From the NCBI RefSeq assembly GCF_009914755.1, contig NC_060945.1: 64,000 nucleotides of DNA; one strand, written 5' to 3'. The translations under genes were made by a program, and so were the position numbers. The notes beneath the pieces were generated by a model that was not told where the DNA came from, did not search any database, and saw nothing but the letters and a program-made list of their open reading frames with translations. Source of the DNA: the human T2T-CHM13v2.0 reference genome, Homo sapiens. Positions 1 through 14,204 of the stretch are shown here, one piece after another. Numbering within the stretch: position 1 is the stretch's first letter; each line of letters begins with the position of its first letter.

Positions 1-309
1 GTAAATATGTTTGTTCATGATGCAGTAAATGTTTATTTCCTAGACTGAAATGGAAATGGGGAGGATATGTTTTCTCTTCCCACCAAGAATAATTCCCACT
101 TTGTCTTTAATAAGGAAGGCCACACATGATTTTTAAAGAGATAATAGCAGCACTATTGTCACTTAAAAGTGCATGTTTTCCCTGAGTTGCTCGTGTAAAA
201 CTAACCTCAGAGAGAACTTTAACAACTCATCATCTAAGAAGTGAAGTCACAGTTTTACAGAAGTTCAGAAGCTCTCTATTAGGTTACAGACATGGAGCTC
301 TAAGTGGTA

Positions 310-420
310 AGCCTGTTCCTTCAGGCTTTGATCTCCTGCTGACACATTATGATCTTCTAGAAGTGACTTAACCTCTTTGCCTCTATGAACTCATTTGTAA
401 ATGGAGAATAATAGTTAATT
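310..420. mobile_element. MIR fragment
   Basis: Degenerate MIR core-like text (aagtgacttaacctctttgcctctatgaactcatttgtaaatggagaataatag); boundaries approximate. Confidence 0.6.
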
Positions 421-944
421 AATCCACGAAGCATGTCTCTGTGGTAGCAATGGGAAGACTGACTCTCTGTTACACCCAAGGGCCTCTAAGTCATCTATCT
501 TTCCTAGTTCTTCCTTTTTTAGCGTTATACTGGCCCTAGAACACACATTATGCTGAATCCTTGGTTCTCCTCTTTTATTCCTAATTGCTCCCGCAAATGG
601 TTGAGTATCTGTACACAGTTGGGGTTAGTTTTCATTCAACTACTATATTTAAAAAGTATTAAGCTTCTTTTAAGGGCCAAGAGCTTGTAAGACAAAAGCT
701 GTACCCTAAAGGAGGTTAGAGTTTAGCCAGAAGACATGGAATTATAAGCAATGTGGTCAATTCCAGGAATCCACCTAAATAATTCAGAGTCCAGGTGGAT
801 TTGGGGAGTTAGGAGTTATCTAGTTTGATTTCTGGCTTTGTCAGATGATCTAGCTGACTGCCAAATCTACACTTGACCCAAAGACACAAAAGACTATCTA
901 CATAGACTCGTTCAATCTTGACTTTAATCACAAATGCAAACAGA

Positions 945-1990
945 AATTCCTTGATCTACCTCTTTCTGTAACATTTGACACTGTTGGCCATTCTCTCTAT
1001 TATGAGTGTTCTAGAAGCTGTCTCGGTAAATTGGGCAATGCTAGCTCTGCATGATTCTTAGCTCTCCACCTTTCTCTTGCCATACTCTTTCACTTGATGA
1101 TTTCTATCGCCCTCGCCCCCAACTCCCACTTTATGGATTTAGCCATTTCCCAAATCTTTAGCACTAACTCCCAGCCCTCTTCGAAGCAAGAGGTCCATTT
1201 TTGTACTTGCCTGCTCTGCATTTCCACTGGTTTATCCCACTGGCATTTTTAACTCGAGTCTATAGTGACATCTTTCCCCAGATGAGCTCCGTCCTCCGAC
1301 TTCCCTTTTGCGTGTGAGGATTCATTATCCACCCAGTTAATCAGGCTCTCAACTCCAGAGTCATCTTTGATTTCCTCCTCTGCTTTGACCCACCTAACTT
1401 GTCTCCCATCAATAACCCATCAATTCTATTTTCACCCTTTCCTTTATTTATTTTGTACACAGCCTTCATCTTCTTAAGGCAAAACTGTTAATTTTCTCAT
1501 TTCTCCGTCATACCCTAATACATCACAGGCTAAGTTCCAAAATATTGGATGTACCGTTTAAACTTCTATAACCTGGCATCAACTTACATTTTGTCAGCCT
1601 TCTGATTGATGATATATTGTTTCATATTGCTTTACAGCCACCCCAAAAGTTATACACCCTTCCTGAATATGCTGCATATGATTCTGCCTCCTTGTGTCTG
1701 CATTTGCCGTCCCTGCAGTCAATATCCTACAGTTCTTCACAAACTAGTTCAGACATCCATGAATCCCTCACTGATTTATCTTACAGTCAGTCTTCTGATG
1801 TGTAGCTTTTAAGTCCTACTTTTCCTAAGGAACTCAACATTGACTATCAGTGTCATGGGCATTTATGGCTTTACCTGACTTCTCAGTGCTCTGAAGATGG
1901 AGAGGCTGCGTCATGTGGGTGTGGATCCCTCTGCATCACTAAGCACAATTCTTGGCAGAGAGTAGAGGGTTAGTAATATATATTGCAAAA
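945..1990 (+). mobile_element. L2 relic (fragmented)
   Basis: L2-like pyrimidine-rich motifs (catttgacactgttggccattctctc; ccacccagttaatcaggctc...gagtcatctttga) and an L2 3'-end-like segment near 1890-1985. Confidence 0.55.
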
Positions 1991-1994
1991 CCGA

Positions 1995-2542
1995 TGTATT
2001 AGTCAGGGTTCTCTAGAGGGACAGACCTAATAGGATAGTTGTATATATAAAGGAGACTTTATTAAGGAGTACTGACTCACAAGATCACAAGGTGAAGTCC
2101 CACAATAGGCTGTCTGCAAGCTGATGAGCAAGGAAACCAGTCTGAGTCCCAAAACCTCAATAACAGGGAAGCCCACAGTACAGCCTTCAGTCTGTGGTGG
2201 AAGGCCTGAGAGCCCCTGGTAAACCATTGGTGTAAGTCCAATAGTCCAAAAGCTGAAGAACTTCGAGTCCCATATTCAAGGGCAGAAAGCAACCAGCACA
2301 GGAGAAAGACGTAGGCTGGAAGCCTCAATCAGTCTAGCCCGTCCACGTACCTCTGCCTGCTTTTATCCTAGCTGCCCTGGCAGCTGATTAGATGGTGCCC
2401 ACCCAGATTGAGGGGTGGGTCTTCTTCTCCCAGTTCACAGACTGAAATGTTATTCTCCTTTGGCAACACCCTCAAAGACACACCCAGAAACAATACTTTG
2501 CATCCTTCAATCCAATCAGGTTGACACTCAATATGAATCACA
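1995..2542 (-). mobile_element. MLT2A2-type ERVL solo LTR
   Basis: tgtattagtcagggttctctagagggacag...atgaatcaca; TG..CA ends; 5-bp TSD accga (1990-1994) / accaa (2543-2547), difference consistent with CpG decay. Confidence 0.9.
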
Positions 2543-3037
2543 ACCAACATAAATGAAATCAAATAAAGGATACCTTTTTTCTGAATAGGCTGAAATATTT
2601 AAAATTTTAGAACATCAAAACTTTAATGAAATTCATTTTAGTTTATTATTTCTTCTATTACAATTTCCTCAAAACGAGAGAGAAAATTCAGATTATTTTT
2701 TGACATGTAAAGGACAACAGACGGCTACTAAATGAGGATTAAAATTTAAATATGAAGAGTTAACGACATCAAGAGTGAAAATCCCACTGGATTGCAAATA
2801 GAATGGAAAAACCAAATAGTGTCATCAAACCATTCCATTAGACTTTCAGTTAATAACTGGCAGTAACAAAGTTCTCCTCAGGAAAATTAACAGTGATATT
2901 TAAGCAGGGCCATTTCTGTGATCAGAGCTATGTAAAAAATCAAGAGAAGAAAATGAGATTTAAAAAAAGTAGTTCCTGGAAAACATGGATAATTTATTAT
3001 CATTTTATTGTGAGACAATTAACAAATTAAATTATAG

Positions 3038-3379
<342 letters not shown>

Positions 3380-4159
3380 CATTTAATATCTTTAAATATA
3401 AAAATAAAGACTAGTTTCTGTGACTTGTTATAGAAGATATTGAGAAGAATGTAAAGTTGTTCAAGATGATGCAAAACTACCTTTTAAAAAAGGGAAAAGT
3501 GAAAATATGGTAATATTGCTATTGTGAAAACTACTGTAGAAGTAACCACTACATAGATTTGCATTTTTCATATCTAAAAAAAGAAAAGAAGAAAATTGAA
3601 TTTTGTCTGATTGCTGCCTTTAACATCCAGGGTTGAGTCTGTCACTACTACATGGATAGAAATGCGTCTGTTTTTTTCTCCAATATTCTTGTTAGAAAAT
3701 CGTGGGATTCCTAATGGGTATTTTCCCTCCTCTGGCAGATCACTTTTTATTATTGCTTCTATTTAGAAATGAAGAACTGGTAGAGATGGGCATACAGGTG
3801 TAAGATTGTGGCACAAATCCTGAATGCCATAATTTGTGATTTCCCCACAATCTCACTGATCCACTGCTTGCAGTGTCTGGTTATGGTTTCTCTCCTGGAA
3901 TCTGACCCATGCTTTTACTCAACAGAGGTCACCTCAAAGGAGGCTGGTCTGTCTGCCCCCTAGTTTTCCAGATGCTAATCATGCTGCCATTAAAATTGTG
4001 CTTCAAGGTAACTTTAATTCATTACTTTCCGCATTGCTTTTAGTCATGTCGGTTCAGATAAGCGCACCATTGTGCTATGTCTTGGAAATCTGGCATCACC
4101 AATTCTTCCCACATCTTCATCTCAGTGCAGCCGAGGTGCAATAAGCATTTCTTGCTTTA

Positions 4160-4266
4160 ATGCTGGTATGTCAGGTACTTAACATTGAATCACCTGTGAG
4201 CAATCTGTGTTTTAAGGAGCTTTCCTGGTGATTTTAGATATGCTAAGGTTTGAGAACCACTGGTTT
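4160..4266. mobile_element. MER5-like hAT-Charlie MITE fragment
   Basis: aatctgtgttttaag...ggtgattttagatatgctaaggtttgagaaccactg terminal motif. Confidence 0.6.
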
Positions 4267-4839
4267 AGGTAATTAATAAAAACTGATGTAACAGACAAAT
4301 CTCAATAGCCTAATACGACAAAGTCTTCTTTCTTGCTTGCATCACCATCTAACATGGGTCAGATAGGCTCCCTCTATCTTGTAGTTAAGATAACTTGTTT
4401 TCTTTTCCTATGGAGAAAATTACTTTAGTAATTATAAAAGTAGTACATGCTTATTATAAAAAATTTGAAAGACATGAAGTTGTAAATAATAAAATAAAAT
4501 CACCTATGATTTCAATGTTTAGATTAATAATGTCTATTAATATCTTGGTGCCTTTGCTTTCTTCTCTCGAACACTTGGCTTTCAAGTTGCTAAGGAAGGG
4601 AAACAAATCCAAGGGATTGTTTGGGAAGAGGTTATGGGGCAGGCTCGGGAATGGCTTACATCCTTTCTGCTAGAATTCAGTAACATCAGTGACATCACTG
4701 CACCATACTGCAAGGAAGGCTGGGAAATGTAGAGCATCACATGGTTATTTTTGAGAGTTAATATCTGCCACAAACAGGATCAGAGAAACATTAGGTTACT
4801 TCCACCAGGCAGACAGGTTGTTTTGATTTTTCATTTTAT

Positions 4840-5174
<335 letters not shown>

Positions 5175-5880
5175 TAGCATCCATGGACCCTTGGTGCTGA
5201 ATCATCTTGAAAGCCTTCTTCCTGCTCATATTTGACTGACTAGCATAGGGTCTCTATTTGTCTTTGAGATTTTTTCTGAATCTATTTGTGTCCAGGCTAG
5301 GGCCACACAAGACACAGACATAGACATACATACACAGCTATGCATGTATAAATATAAAAATAAAAGGGCTAGCTCAAGATGTTCTGAAGTGTAGAAATTA
5401 TACTGAAGGGTAGTATCACTCAAGCTATCCTCTTCCCACTCTTGATTACATTCCCCCAGAGGTACCAACTTTGAACCACATGTAAAGCTGGTATTTAACT
5501 CCGTAACTCTCAATGAAGTCATAAATTCCAATCTCGTAGAGGCTGGGCAGGTAATGTAAGCAGAGAAAGCAGAGTAGGAGATACATAGCTATGAGATTGA
5601 GGATTTATGGTCAATGGAATAGCATAGTCTCCACCCAAAGGAAACGGTATGCTAGCTCTGGCCAATTGCTCCCATGTATGAAGGCAACCTCAGTGTTGCT
5701 AGATTTTTCTTTCAATTATTTTTCTTTAGGAAAACTAGAAATCTAGATGTTTTGGTTAAGTTTCTTAATTTTTTTTTACAACCATTGCCTAAGAAATAAA
5801 AGACAAATGAAAAGGATCTCTTTTGCAGAATTGGCCTGTACATGCAAGCCCTGTGCTAAACCACACACTCACACATCTAT

Positions 5881-5886
<6 letters not shown>

Positions 5887-5928
<42 letters not shown>
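5887..5928. repeat. (TG)21 microsatellite at Alu tail
   Basis: Perfect TG run abutting the AluJ. Confidence 0.97.
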
Positions 5929-5932
<4 letters not shown>

Positions 5933-6217
5933 AGACAGGGTCTCACTCTGTCATCCAGGCTGAAGTGCAGTGGTACAATCATGGCTCACTGCAGCCTCAA
6001 TCTGCTGGGTTCATGTGATCTTCACATCTCAGCCTCCTGAGTAGCTGAGACTACAGATGTGTACCACCATGCCCAGTTAATATTTCAAATTTATATTATG
6101 TAGAGACAGGGTCTTACTATGTTGCCCTGGCTGGTCTCAAACTCTTGGGATCAAGTGATCCTTCCGTCTCAGCCTCCCAAAGTGCTGGGATTACAGGCAT
6201 GAGACACTGTGCCAGCC
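5929..6217 (-). mobile_element. AluJ
   Basis: AluJ diagnostics: gagacagggtctcactctg, atcatggctcactgcagcctc, ggtcttactatgttgccc. Confidence 0.92.
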
Positions 6218-6327
6218 CACACCTCTATTTGGCATTTAACAACTTAAAATTGCTTAACAATTTAAACCCCAGAATTTACAACTTAAAATACCTTATTTTT
6301 CCATATAGAAATTGATGAATTTGCTGA

Positions 6328-6690
<363 letters not shown>

Positions 6691-7302
6691 ATTAATCATA
6701 TTATTATTATTAAACGTTATTTTTTGTTTATCAAAGTTGACATTAACTCCTTATGTCCATTTTTAGGATAAGAAAATTAGCACTCCTCCACATTTTTCTC
6801 CTCCTTCTGCTCCATACCTTTATGGATCTATTAGGTATGGCATTATTTGAACTTGATTAAGTTTACACTCTTTAAATTTCAGACTAACACGGCTAATTAA
6901 ATATTTAATAATTTACATTCTAAAATTCAGAACCAATAAATATTTTCAATATTACAGTTACAGTAATTTAGAATCATCATGGAGCTGAGTAGAATGATGT
7001 AATGCTACTTCACTAACCTTGGTCCACTTGACAAACGATGTTCTAAGAGTGAAGGTCAAGTGGGCCTTTTTCTTTACACTCCACAAGTAGCTCAAAACAT
7101 TCCACACTGCAGTCTTTGTCAGATTTGGTCCGTGGCTTCCTGATACAGGATTTTGCTCTTCTTTGAGTTTCCAGTTTTCTTTTTTAATTTCCCTATTGAC
7201 AGAAGAAGCTTAAGCCTTTTATTCAGTGCCACAATAATCCCGTCTTTTAACTCTACTATATGTCAAAGTTAATCCATTTCTTCTAGAGAACATTGTAGTT
7301 AG

Positions 7303-7776
<474 letters not shown>

Positions 7777-7942
7777 TAAATTTTATTATTTTTTCATTTT
7801 ATTTTATTTATTTATTTATTTTTCTTAGCAAAGGTAAGTGTGGATAACCCATTGTGTGTTTGAAAATGTCGTTATTTTACATTCACATTTTTCTTTGTCC
7901 TCAGGCTGAGAACTCAAAAGGATGTGTCTAGTTCTAGCTCTG

Positions 7943-8257
<315 letters not shown>

Positions 8258-9014
8258 AGGATGTGTCTAGTTCTTCTTAATGCCTAGACATGGATCTTTC
8301 ATCCTGTACTCCAGTTAGCATTTGGACATTTCTTTGGCTCTGGAGAATTTGGTCCTCTTTCTTCTCTGCTACCTCCATTTTCTTTAGCTTTATTTTTCTT
8401 CCTTCTATTTTGTTCTCTTCTCTTTTTCAGAAATTCCTCTTAGTTAGGGGTATTGGGCCTCCTGATCTGAGTCTCCATGTTTGTTCATTCTTCTTTCACA
8501 CATATATATGTAATATATTTTAATCTTGGGGGCTTTGACTCTATGTTCTAAATTAAAATTTCTTGACTTATATCAAGTACTTTAGTTAATTTTAAGAAAT
8601 TTGCCAGTTACATATTTAATTTCCAAAAGCTCTCATTTTTGAATTGCCCTATTTCCATAGTAGTCTCTCCTTGAGTGTGGGTATGTTTTGTGGGCAACAT
8701 ACTCCTGAATCTTTCTGAAGAGACTAATTATAATTCTGGCTAGTGAATTATTTATTTTCTCTGGGATCATTTGTTCTGTTTGTTTATTTTGGTTCTTTTT
8801 TGACCCTGACCCTCTGATTTTTCTCAAGTGAGTGTGGTTGGTTGTCCACTTAATATTATGAATGAGACTCAATTAATGAATATAAGTAGCAAGGATAGGT
8901 TTTCTGTGCTAGAAAATTATGTGTATAAAGAAGAGCAGATATATTTTATAGTGTGCAAGAGTGGGGTAAACAGGCAGGCCTTCTTCTTCTCTTTTTACCT
9001 GTAAAACTCTAGCT

Positions 9015-9229
9015 CAAGCTTGTCCAACCAGGCCACACGTGGCCCCAGACGGCTTTGAATGCAGCCAAACACAAATTCATAAACTTTCTTAAAAACATTC
9101 TGAGATTCTTTCTACAACTTTTTTTAAAGCTCACCAGCTATGGTTAGTGTTAATGTATTTTATGTGTGGCCCAAAACAATTCTTCTTCTTCCAATATGGC
9201 TCAGGGAGCCAAAAGATTGAACACCCCTG
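9015..9229. mobile_element. MER30 hAT-Charlie MITE
   Basis: caagcttgtccaac...gattgaacacccctg ends; 8-bp TSD ctctagct (9007-9014) / ctctagcc (9230-9237). Confidence 0.9.
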
Positions 9230-10799
9230 CTCTAGCCTCTGAGTTCTCATTGAGATGGAGTTGAGAATTAACTCCAGTCCTTCTACTTGGCCAGCCCTGT
9301 GATTATTTAACTCTTTATTTGCTGAAAACACCTGCTTTCTCAGTACATTAACTTTTCTGGGCAGCAGGCAAGATGAACCCATCAGGCGATTGCACTATAG
9401 CTTCAGGACCTGGAAACCCTACCTTGTCCTTTAGTCCCTCTAGTCCCAGGAGTGGTAGAACCTTACTGCTAATGGTAACCTCTGCATTTGAATCACCAAC
9501 TTCAGCTATTGGCAGTAGCCAGTTGCTTACATCTTTAGGATAATAAACGCTTTGTAGTGATTTATTTCAGTTTGGAATATCTATAAAGACATTTGTTTTC
9601 CTGATTAAACCCTGACTGACACAGTTTTATAGCCCATTCCTGTTCTCTAATCTGCTCGTTCTCAGGTTGGAGTTTCTACAGATCTTCACCAGCAGAAGGG
9701 GTCCTTTCTGAATTGCTGCATCTTTCAATGAATATTCTGTTAGGGCTATGGCTTCCTCCACCCTGAACATACATTTCATGTCTTCCCATCTTTTTACTTT
9801 TTCTTCTTATGCCCCTGCCTATTACCTCCTTTTACAATGCTGTTATAATTTATTCCCTTTTAAACATGCTTACTGTCACTTCAATGGCAGGACAGGAGGA
9901 AGAGATGGATGTGTGCACTCAGTTTATTGCCTAGCTCGAAAGTAGTGAGCTACTTTCAAGGGGTAGTTTTTTTTTTAAGAAAACTGGATATGACAATCTG
10001 AGAATAATTTCATTTTTACTAATTTATTTACATTAAAAACAAGATTCAAAAATAATAAAATAAAAAACCCCAACAACAACAAGGTTCAATGTAATGATTA
10101 TTTCTGTTGTTAAAGGCTGGAGGATTATTTTTGAACTAGGAAAAACTAAGAAAAAATTGGGGTGAATGATTTCTGTCCTACCCCTTCATCCATGGGGTAG
10201 GACAGAAGCTATGTCCTTAGATCAGAGGCTCTTCCTATGTGGCATTTCTGTGTATTGGAGCTGCCTCTCTTGAGGTTACGTGGTTTAATCTGTTATTCTG
10301 TGAACACACCAAAACTATTCAATTTGCTAATTTGGTCCTGTAGTGATTTGAGTATGTCCCTTTCATTTAGCCACTCTGTTATGACACAAACATGATTATA
10401 ATATATTAAGAAAAAACATTTCTTCGGCAGATTTTCTTTAGTTCTAGTTACATTGAACTGAGAACGTCAATCTATCTGGGAAAGTGGAGAAAATTACATA
10501 ATGACCAAATAAGGTGTTGATTCAATCATCCCTAATGATTTTATAGTGGCTGAAAAATAGTGGTCTAAGTTTTCAGGATTGAATCTACTACAGACTCATT
10601 CAGAAATTGACTCTGCTCAATATTGCATATTTTAAGTACCTAATAAAATGGTAACTTATAAGTTTTTTAAATATGTTTTTTGTATAAGAACAATTTTGGA
10701 AAAGAACATGTATGGAATATAAAATTATTTAAGTATCTGCTCAATTGACACTCACCTCCTTTCTATGAGAAATTCACCCCTGAATGTCTCCATTTGTTC

Positions 10800-11270
10800 C
10801 TTTATTTATTTATTTTGTTGCAAGACCTTTGCCACTTTGACTACTATTGATTGGTCCAAGATGGACACTTGACCACTCTGAGTCAGTCAAATTCTCTCTC
10901 AAAGAACCGATACTCAGAGTCATCTAGTTTCTAAAAATGGCTGGAGATGAGCAACATGTAAAATGTCTGTGGATGCTGGACAAGCCACCCATCATCCATT
11001 ATTTGGAAAGAGGCAGAGAAATGACAATGAAGAATGACAGAAACAAGAGAAGAGAAACAAAGAGACAAGAAATCATGGGGGTGGAGGGGAGGGGGAGAGA
11101 GAGACTGCAAGCCTGCTCTGGGTTCCTAACAGCTTTTATTACTGATTCCAGTTTCTTTAGAGGCATTGGATTTGTGAGGTTCACCTGAATTCTTATAATG
11201 AAATCTTTCTTTTGCTTAAGCTGAGTTGAGCTGTTCTGCTACTTGAAACCAAAAGAGCCTAAAATAAAAC
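10800..11270 (+). mobile_element. LTR16-like ERVL LTR
   Basis: 3' end ttttgcttaagctgagttgagctgttctgctacttgaaaccaaaagagcctaaaataaaaca resembles LTR16 family. Confidence 0.55.
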
Positions 11271-11627
11271 AGAGCACACAGCAGAACAGGGAGATTGTTA
11301 CTCTCCATGTGCATGAATACAGAAATTCAGAGACTGCTGGGTTTACATCTGTGTAAAGAGAACAAATTGACTGCAATTCTAGGTTGGCCTCCAGTTATTT
11401 TTTTCTTTATCGATACATAAGAAATACATCTTCAACAATTTGCATATTAAGTCTTCAGCAAGTATCCAATTCCTGAATATTTAGATGTACTGTATTTGGT
11501 TAAAGCCTCATAAATTTATGCTATATTTTATGTAATCTTAGGCAGTTTTGAAAAATCTCTTTCAATAATGCTGAATGAGCTTTGTAGAATGTAGCACAAT
11601 ATCTGGTAAATGTGTAAGTGCTCATTA

Positions 11628-12070
11628 CTGTTGATAGTAGCAAAGACATGGAATCAAGCTACATGCCCATCCGTGGTAGACTGGATATAGAAAATGTGGT
11701 ACATATACACCATGGAATACTATGCAGCCATAAAAAGAATGAGAACATGTTCTTTGCAGCAACATATATGGAGCTAGAGGGCATTATCCTTAGTGAACTA
11801 ACACAGGAACAGAAAACCGAATACCACATATTCTCACTTACGGGCACCTAGACATTGAGTACATATGGGCACAAAGAAGGGAGCAACAGACACCAGGGGT
11901 CAACTTGAGGGTGGAACGAGAGAAGAGGGTGAGGACCGACAAACTCCCTGTTGAGTACTATGCTGATTACCTGGGTGGCAAAATATTCTATACACCAAAC
12001 CCCCATGACACACAATTCACCTACATGACAAACCTGCACGTGTAGCTGTGATCCTAAAAGTTAAAAAATA
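11628..12070 (+). mobile_element. 5'-truncated L1 3' end (L1PA15/16-like)
   Basis: ORF2 C-terminal plus 3'UTR sequence; 16-bp TSD gtgtaagtgctcatta at 11612-11627 and 12071-12086. Confidence 0.9.
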
Positions 12071-12516
12071 GTGTAAGTGCTCATTAAATGGTTAGCTCAT
12101 GTTCTCTTTCCTTCTTAAAGTAGTAGGTTTTTCATTGATTGATTGCTTCATTTGTTCAGAAAATATTTGAATACCAAGACCCATATCTAGTTCTGGGGCT
12201 ATGGAGGTTTTAGTTAGACCTACAGCTAGAACTACAGAGGAGGTAGATACAGACAAATATATTCAATACTACTTGCTAAAGACTGCAATGGAGAGAAGAT
12301 CAGAAATTTATAGGAGCACAGAGGAGGAGCAGCTGCTTGGCTGTGAGGGCAATGATGTCAAATTTGCCAGTTCTGCCTTTAAGCAAGTCCTTTAGGTTCT
12401 ATGGCCCTCAACTTATTATATGTAAAATAAGGCTAATAAGGATTTTATCCTCAGTTTTTGTCACAGTTAAAGGTGGTAATAAAAAGGTATAGACATATAT
12501 ACATATATTTTTATAT

Positions 12517-12722
12517 GGAGGGAAATGATTGGATCATGGGGGAAGTTCCCCCATGCTGTTCTCATGATAGCGAGTTATCATGAGATCTAATGATTTTATA
12601 AATGGAAGTTTCCCCTGCCCTCTTCTCTTTTGCCTGCCGCCATGTACGACGTGCTTGCTTCCCCTTCAACTTCTGCCATGACTGTAAGTTTCCTGAGGCC
12701 TTCTAGCCATGCTTTCTGTTAA
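12517..12722 (+). mobile_element. Internal fragment of THE1D/MSTA-type LTR
   Basis: Colinear with 13198-13404; lacks both LTR termini. Confidence 0.85.
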
Positions 12723-13059
12723 TTCACTAATTCACTAATACTGCCTGGAGAAGTCAAAAAACAAACAAACAAAAAAACAAACAAACACACAACTAAGAGG
12801 CAGCATTTGAACTGGGTTATGCAGCATTTAGTTAGTGCTATGGGTTTTTGTAGGGAAAAATGTTCTAGAAAGAGCAAACAGCATACACAAGAGCATCTGT
12901 TTTATAGTAACATAAATTCATAGGAACACAGAGAAGAAGCAACTACTTGGTTGTGAAGGCAATGGATAAAGTGTCTTCACTTTATCTGCAGTAGGAAGAG
13001 CTTTGACAGCCCACTGCAGGCAGTGTTAGAAAGGAGTGGTTGAAGAAGCAGGTTGGGGC

Positions 13060-13975
13060 TGCAGAGGAGGACGATTCTCCTTAACCCTCACACAGACTCT
13101 GGAATTGTGTGAAAATAAACTGACAAAGACAGTGATATGGTTTGGCTCTGTGTCCCCACCCAAATCGCATCTGGAATTGTAATCCCCATGTGTTGAGGGA
13201 GGGAAATGACTGGATCATGGGGGCCGTTTCCCCCATGCTGTTCCCATCGTAGTGACTTATCATGAGATCTGATGGTTTTATAAATGACAGTTTCCCCTGC
13301 TGTCTTCTCTCTTGCCTGCTTCCGTGTAAGAAATGCTTGCTTCTCCTTCACCTTCCTAAAAGATTGTAAGTTTCCTGAGGCCTCCTAGCCAGGCTTCCTG
13401 TTAAGTCTGTGGATGTGTGAGTCAATTAAACCTCTTTCCTCTATAATTACCCAATCTCAGATAATATTCTTTATAGCAGTGTGAAAACAAACTAATATAG
13501 ACAGATTAACAGAAGAAAAATATTCAAATATTTTTAGTATAAGGTTTCTGTGAAATAGGAGCCTTCATAAGGAAGTGAAGACCCAGAAAAACATTTAGAG
13601 TTGTATATTTTGCAAGGTTTGATGAAGAAGTGAATTGTTGTGGAGAAGTATGATGGGACAAATCAGGGTATGATGTGATGGTAATATGCTGGGGAGAACT
13701 TAGCAAAGTCTATTTGTTCAGATCCTTCTTTGTGTCCCTGTGTCTTCAGAGATGAGAACATTCCTTTCCTCAGGGAATAGGATGGGCACCTCTCACATGA
13801 CGGTCTCATGATGGCTTTAGAGGAAGGTCAGAAAATCCTTTCTAGGTTTTGTGGCTTGTTTTAGGGGAGAAGGGTATAAAAACATCACAGAGAAACCTTC
13901 CTGCTTCTGCAGTTTTCTCAGATTATTTTGGGTTAAAATACTCAGTATGTCAAGACGACATATTCTGGGGCAGCC
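13060..13975 (-). mobile_element. ERV1-class LTR (LTR37/MER31-like) interrupted by a MaLR LTR
   Basis: aataaactgacaaagacag|attaacagaagaaaa and ccttcctgcttctgc...aaaatactcagtatgtcaagacgacatattctggggcagc motifs; exact family uncertain. Confidence 0.6.
13133..13499 (+). mobile_element. THE1D/MSTA-type MaLR solo LTR
   Basis: tgatatggtttggctctgtgtccccacccaaat...actaatata; perfect 5-bp TSD gacag (13128-13132 / 13500-13504). Confidence 0.92.
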
Positions 13976-14055
13976 TTGATAGGGCTCAGATGGGAAGGGC
14001 CATCTCTGGAAATGGGAATTTATTCTACAGGTATTAAGAGGAAAACAGAGGTTTT

Positions 14056-14204
14056 CTTTTAATTAATTTTTTTATTATACTTTAAGTTCTAGGGTACATG
14101 TGCACAACGTGCAGCTTTGTTACATATGTATACATGTCCCATGTTGGTGTGCTGCAACCTTTAACTTTGATTGAGGCACTATTCGCAATAGCAAAGACTT
14201 GGAA
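14056..14204 (-). mobile_element. Very short L1PA insertion with 5' inversion
   Basis: Reverse L1PA 3' terminus (14056-14160) plus oppositely oriented ORF2-end piece gcactattcgcaatagcaaagacttggaa; 16-bp TSD ggaaaacagaggtttt (14040-14055 / 14201-14216). Confidence 0.88.
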
